Shown one piece after another: positions 61,801-64,000 of a stretch of DNA of 64,000 bases (positions are counted from its first letter, which is position 1; every line of letters starts with the position of its first letter). Below the pieces are notes generated by a model, which saw only the letters and a program-made list of their open reading frames with translations, was not told the origin of the DNA and searched no databases. Origin of the DNA: Bugula neritina (Eukaryota > Animalia > Bryozoa); NCBI GenBank assembly GCA_964035545.1, contig OZ037766.1, positions 5,012,722 through 5,076,721 on the forward strand. The letters run 5' to 3'. A program made the translations under genes and the position numbers.

Positions 61801-63923
61801 TCATTTAGTTCTGACACTTCATATTTTATGATTCTGGAGACCTAAATTTTATAGCCAACTAAATATCATGTCTAACTTTATCTCATGACCCCTTTTGTCC
61901 ATGCCATTTAAGCCATCGCTTACAAGTTTGAAGATGTTTATCCCTTGCATGTTTATGATACGTGTTTATGCTATGTATACGTTGTAGAATGCAGGTGCAA
62001 TTTAATTTTTTAGTAAACCATTTTATTAGCAATTGAACACTAGTTTTTAAATTTAACTGCAATATATTTAGATTTCAAATGAAATTAAACTTAAGACATA
62101 ATTAGCTACTTCATGTATAATTCTTGCTTGTTTTAATCGTCTGTCCTTAATGGTGCTTATACCAGCATGCTTATGATGAACTCTCACTGAATCTTCATGT
62201 CATAGTCCTCGTATTTCCTTTTTCTATCAACTAACCTTTGTGTAGGATGAAACAGTTTTATTTTGTAAGTCATTAACTTTTCTTGATTATCACATCTTGG
62301 TGGTTCTAGCTCCTGGGCATTTCGGTGAGTGGATACACTGCCTTTGCAAACATCTTTCAGCTGCTGTGTTTGCTCTGTCGGTAACTCAATCAAAAATATG
62401 TTTATATAATATATAATAATATATTATATTATACAGAGGGTTACAATGTCGTAGTGTATGTTTTGTAGGCTATGGTTTAAAATTTTAGTTTTATTTGTCA
62501 CAACTTGGTTTAACCTCACATCTTTTAAGCCCGTAAAACATTATATGTAATAATTCACAGGTGCAAAACGCCACTGACTAATATAAGTTAATGTAAAGGA
62601 GTGAAAATTTTGTTATTTTAATACATAACCAATCACACCTTAGCAAGTTAGTTCACTATGAGATAAGTATTAGTTACAGGAAATAACATTGTAGCTCTTT
62701 CTAGCTCATCCAGTATTTGTAAGTTATAGTACCGGCAGAATGTAGCTAAGGCTGTAGCAAGCGGAAAGCTGCAATTGAAACCCTTAGCCGATAGGCTGAT
62801 AAAATTTCCTCATTTAGTCTTTTTGCATTTTTCTATAAATGCGGGTACTTTTATGCTATAAATGAGTAATAAATACCGCCAGCATTTGCTCACGTAAGCA
62901 GTGTCTTGTGCTTTTGGCATCAGTGGCTAAGTAAGTCTGTCTTTTCTTCTCTCTGCAGACTGTAGATGTTAAACATGCTACAGAAATACCTTTCTTTGCT
63001 CAATTACTTCACAGAATCAGTGCAACTAATGTGTGCTAATTGCGTTTATCTTAACTAAGTAAGGATACAGCATATAAGGAATATTGTATCATCCACAGCA
63101 TGGCTCTAAGTCTAGCAAAAATGTTGAAGAAAACTGTGAGGGGAGACAGTGCGAGCAACGTGTCCCAGGTGGCAACTTTCAGTGCTGCAGGTTGGTGAAA
63201 ATGTAGACAACTGTGTGCAAAGTCTATATAAAAGATATTTTAGTGTGCTTTTATTCAAAATTGCCATACAATATTAACAGGTCATCTCTTCGAAGTTTTG
63301 CTTATCACATTTAGGTGGGGTTGTGAAAAAATTGAGATAGCCTAAGCTCTTTAATTTTCTTTATGAATTTTGGTTTGAAATTCCTGTGAGAGCACAACTT
63401 CTTTTGCTACATTTCTAATCTAGAACACAGGGTTTTCTTAATTTGTCTATTGTTGCACCTACCTCTGCTGGTGAAGGTAAATAGAATGAGTCCCTACTTA
63501 CTGGGTACAAAGTTTCAACTCTAAATAAGTTACTTCCATACAATTCAAAAGTGTTGCTTCATTATTCTATTATTATAATAAATATTAAATGTTTTGTTTC
63601 AGACTCTGCGCCTGAGATGTCAGACGAGAGCACCGATACTAGTTCCACTCTGGAAAATGTCGAGCCCGAGTTTTTGCATCCTTATTCCACCAAATCCAAG
63701 TATGTAGCTAATTTTAGACTTACTAAACTAATAGTTATTCAATATACTGTATATTTCACCTGCAGAGTAGTTAATGCTTCTGTAATGCGACTCATTGCCA
63801 AGTTCTTAAAAAACAAGAAATTATATTTTATATAACTGTATTACCTATTATTAGATGTATAAAATCAAAGTACTAAGTTTTGTTAACAGGGACATGTCAT
63901 CTTACAAAGATAACAAATTCTGA
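58801..63923 (+). CDS. Ferlin (otoferlin-like) N-terminal C2A-domain protein; may end at 63923 (412 aa) or continue beyond the window
   Basis: Exons 58801-58903, 59106-59170, 60036-60130, 60431-60533, 60922-61571, 63099-63190, 63603-63699 and possibly 63890-63923. MTLSLHIHSL…IIAKFR…VFNQNLKFEV…KLGEFSMILQSVVEDEPITIENKILDLNHN…VKFSILYEP parallels otoferlin C2A as recalled (MALLIHLK…KVTFR…FDETFRWPV…LIGTFRMVLQKVVEE…TLIDDNN…VEVRY). Confidence 0.75.
59568..59870. repeat. 10-bp pyrimidine-rich satellite (CCCCCTCTCA/G)n
   Basis: About 30 tandem units. Confidence 0.92.
60770..60890. repeat. 10-bp tandem repeat (TATTCTGGTA)n
   Basis: About 12 degenerate units. Confidence 0.85.
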
Positions 63924-64000
63924 AAATCTGTTATAATATTTTAACCTAAAATTGCTACATCTTAAATATTTATTTTATATTCTTGGTTATGTTGTATTAC

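Noticed and set aside
62184-62393. 69-aa minus-strand ORF inside a ferlin-like intron
   Set aside because: No ATG start, no motif and no compatible partner exons found; possibly a decayed repeat.

Overview
AT-rich, intron-containing animal (probably invertebrate) genomic DNA. From left to right: (1) the 3' part of an intact-looking Ty3/Gypsy LTR retrotransposon (pol open from base 1 to 5319, 3' LTR about 5651-6013), whose pol reads through into an extra zinc-finger/coiled-coil region; (2) the 3' part of a large multi-exon gene of unknown function (+, about 6128-17889); (3) four tandem, apparently intact 11-exon FKRP/LicD-family nucleotidyltransferase paralogs (-, 19064-50091) with mosaic exon sharing; (4) a Polycomb/CBX gene (+, 51893-55581) head-to-head with that array; (5) an otoferlin-like C2A-domain gene (+, from 58801) that may stop at 63923. 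Introns carry several MITE/foldback and SINE-like elements and simple repeats. The most striking non-coding feature is a small element in intron 4 of the fourth FKRP-like paralog (47735-48093). It has two complete type I hammerhead ribozyme motifs 272 nt apart, a hairpin-rich spacer and (TA)n on both sides, as in a retrozyme or non-autonomous Penelope-like element. All exon models were assembled by hand from splice sites and reading-frame phase; no database searches were run.
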